13,851 nucleotides of DNA from an uncultured Methanosarcinales archaeon (lineage in GTDB: Archaea; Nanobdellota; Nanobdellia; Woesearchaeales; JACPBV01): contig CAZBLF010000029.1 in the NCBI GenBank assembly GCA_964492935.1, positions 1 through 13,851 on the forward strand. Reading direction: 5' to 3'. Position numbers and translations under genes: made by a program. Shown in pieces: positions 12,460-13,851 of this stretch. The notes below the pieces were generated by a model. That model saw only the letters and a program-made list of their open reading frames with translations, was not told where the DNA came from and made no database searches. How positions within the stretch are numbered: the stretch's first letter is position 1; each line of letters begins with the position of its first letter.

Positions 12460-13482
12460 ATGGTCAAGATTGGTTTAGTTAGTCCGTTTTTACCGGAACA
12501 GGATGGTATTGCTGTGTATAGCGATAATCTGTATGTTGGTGCGGGTAAGAAAAACATTGTTCGTATTGGTCGGGTGAAGGGTGACTGTGAGTATGTGGTT
12601 GATTTTACTTCTTTTAGTTTACGGAGCAAGCTGGAGCATATTATTGCTAAGGAGAAATTGGATGTGGTGCACTTTCAGTATGTTGCCTCTCTTTTTGGGA
12701 AACGTAATTTGAATCTTGCATTTATTCGGGCGCTCTCGTTGTCGGTTCCGGTTGTGGTGACATTACACGAGGTGCAGTATGGTCAGGGGGGGATGCGGAA
12801 TAGGTTATTGTCGATGTTGGAAAAGAAGATTATTTCTCGTGCGGCTCTGGTTATTGTACATACCCCTGAACAACGAACGTTCTTGGAGAAAAAATATGGT
12901 GCTTCGAACATTCGGTGCATCTATCACGGGTTGTGGAGCAAGTCTGGTGGGGTTGGAGATGCTAAAAGTGTGTTGTTCTTTGGGATGATTTCTGAAGCGA
13001 AGGGTGTTCCCTCCTTAATTGGTGCGATGGATTATCTGGGTGATTATTCTTTGACTATTGCTGGAAGGTTTGTGGATGATGCTAGTGAGAAGTCTGTGAG
13101 AGATGCTCTGAAAAAGAGTGCGGCAAAGATTACTACTGATTTTGGATGGATTGACGAGAAAAAGAAGGAATTATTGTTTCGGAAGGCTGCTGTTTGTGTT
13201 TTACCGTATACGTGGGCACCGTATCAGTCTGGGATTTTGCATAATGCGTTGTCGTTTCAGGTTCCGGTTGTGGTTACTGATGTTGGTGCTTTGCCGGAGA
13301 TTGTTTCTTCGTTTCATTGTGGCGAGGTTGTTAACACTGATGCAAAATCGCTTGCTGCAGGTATTGAAAAGGTGGTGCGACAACCAGGTAGGTATCGTAC
13401 GGGAATTACTAGTTATCAAAAGAAGGCTGACTGGAAGGTTGTTGCTGAAGAACATATGACCTTGTATGGTGGCTTGAAGTAA
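12460..13482 (+). CDS. GT-B fold glycosyltransferase, family 4-like
   Basis: 340 aa. It has the MVKIGLVSPFLP N-terminus, LFFGMISEAKGV, and a C-terminal LPY...SGILHNALSFQVPVVVTDVGALPEIV block homologous to the GT4 donor-binding region. The usual E-x7-E acidic residues are not obviously conserved. Confidence 0.75.
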   Translation: MVKIGLVSPFLPEQDGIAVYSDNLYVGAGKKNIVRIGRVKGDCEYVVDFTSFSLRSKLEHIIAKEKLDVVHFQYVASLFGKRNLNLAFIRALSLSVPVVVTLHEVQYGQGGMRNRLLSMLEKKIISRAALVIVHTPEQRTFLEKKYGASNIRCIYHGLWSKSGGVGDAKSVLFFGMISEAKGVPSLIGAMDYLGDYSLTIAGRFVDDASEKSVRDALKKSAAKITTDFGWIDEKKKELLFRKAAVCVLPYTWAPYQSGILHNALSFQVPVVVTDVGALPEIVSSFHCGEVVNTDAKSLAAGIEKVVRQPGRYRTGITSYQKKADWKVVAEEHMTLYGGLK

Positions 13483-13487
13483 AGGTT

Positions 13488-13495
13488 TTTAAAAA
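13488..13495 (+). promoter_or_regulatory. TATA-like box (TTTTAAAA) upstream of the phosphonopyruvate decarboxylase gene
   Basis: 28 nt upstream of the ATG at 13516. It is followed by AACAATTG, which resembles the AAACAGTT that follows the TATA boxes at 259 and 4191. Confidence 0.4.
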
Positions 13496-13515
13496 CAATT
13501 GCATTCGATAGGACT

Positions 13516-13851
13516 ATGTTATCGTGTAAGGCATTTTTCGAATTACTCGTCAAGGATGTAGGTTTCTTTACAGGTGTTCCTGATTCTTTGCTGAAAGATT
13601 TTTGTGGTTATGTTGCTGATCACGCAGAGAAGCATGTGATTGCTGCGAATGAGGGTAATGCTGTTGGTATTGCAGCCGGATATCATCTTGCTTCGGGTAA
13701 GGTGCCCTTAGTGTATATGCAGAATTCTGGTCAGGGAAACGCGGTGAATCCGTTGTTATCGTTGGCAGATCCGAAAGTGTATGGTATTCCTATGCTCTTG
13801 CTTGTTGGGTGGAGAGGCGAACATGGTGTTGCAGATGAAACTCAACATGTT
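13516..13851 (+). CDS. ppd: Partial CDS (N-terminal 112 codons; runs off the window end): thiamine-diphosphate-dependent phosphonopyruvate decarboxylase
   Basis: Not in the ORF track because it has no stop. My translation is [154 protein letters not shown] and NPLLSLADP are the hallmarks I recognise from Ppd/AepY N-terminal TPP pyrimidine-binding domains. Confidence 0.72.
   Translation, partial: MLSCKAFFELLVKDVGFFTGVPDSLLKDFCGYVADHAEKHVIAANEGNAVGIAAGYHLASGKVPLVYMQNSGQGNAVNPLLSLADPKVYGIPMLLLVGWRGEHGVADETQHV

Noticed and set aside
13516-13851. Possibility that the edge-truncated TPP enzyme is sulfopyruvate decarboxylase (ComDE), given the sulfate-activation genes nearby
   Set aside because: The N-terminal motifs [14 protein letters not shown] and VYMQNSGxGN are those I associate with phosphonopyruvate decarboxylase rather than ComD. 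No comA, comB or comC-like genes are present. The alternative is kept only as the refutation condition for the phosphonate finding.
1-13851. Search for CRISPR arrays, tRNA/rRNA genes, IS elements, integrases, toxin-antitoxin pairs or known defence-system components
   Set aside because: No direct-repeat/spacer arrays, cloverleaf-like segments, terminal inverted repeats or transposase, integrase or nuclease-like ORFs were recognisable. All long ORFs are accounted for by metabolic or envelope-biosynthesis families.

Overview
The window is about 96% coding by my coordinates and holds 16 genes in seven tightly packed transcription units. It looks archaeal. Every unit is preceded by a TTTATA(T/A)A box with a purine-rich BRE-like flank. 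In five cases the box starts 28-30 nt upstream of the ATG, implying leaderless mRNAs, and in two cases 40-42 nt. No Shine-Dalgarno sites are evident at these first genes, and many genes overlap (ATGA or 13-20 nt overlaps). I saw no rRNA, tRNA, CRISPR, transposase or integrase.

The content is an accessory surface or head-group decoration island built from four modules:
1. An amino-sugar module at 299-2483: DegT aminotransferase, DPM1-like GT2 and an FdtA/WxcM-like cupin.
2. A polar head-group module at 2484-4937: a canonical CDP-alcohol phosphotransferase, a HAD-IIB phosphatase and a divergently transcribed LicC/IPCT-like nucleotidyltransferase.
3. A sulfate-activation operon at 11646-7483 (minus strand): a winged-HTH::pyruvate kinase fusion, ATP sulfurylase, APS kinase and a PHP phosphoesterase that is probably a pAp phosphatase. 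No sulfotransferase or sulfate-reduction gene is present.
4. Phosphonate chemistry: the window ends in the N-terminus of a phosphonopyruvate decarboxylase, preceded by a GT4 and a second, motif-degenerate CDP-alcohol-transferase-like membrane protein.

The most unusual element is the operon at 4221-7495. The nucleotidyltransferase is translationally coupled to a histidine-phosphatase::MtnK-like kinase fusion and then to a form IV RuBisCO-like protein. The other methionine-salvage genes are absent. I propose this as a candidate undescribed RLP-dependent route to an activated sugar or polyol phosphate. All functional calls come from by-eye motif recognition and need HMM and phylogenetic confirmation.
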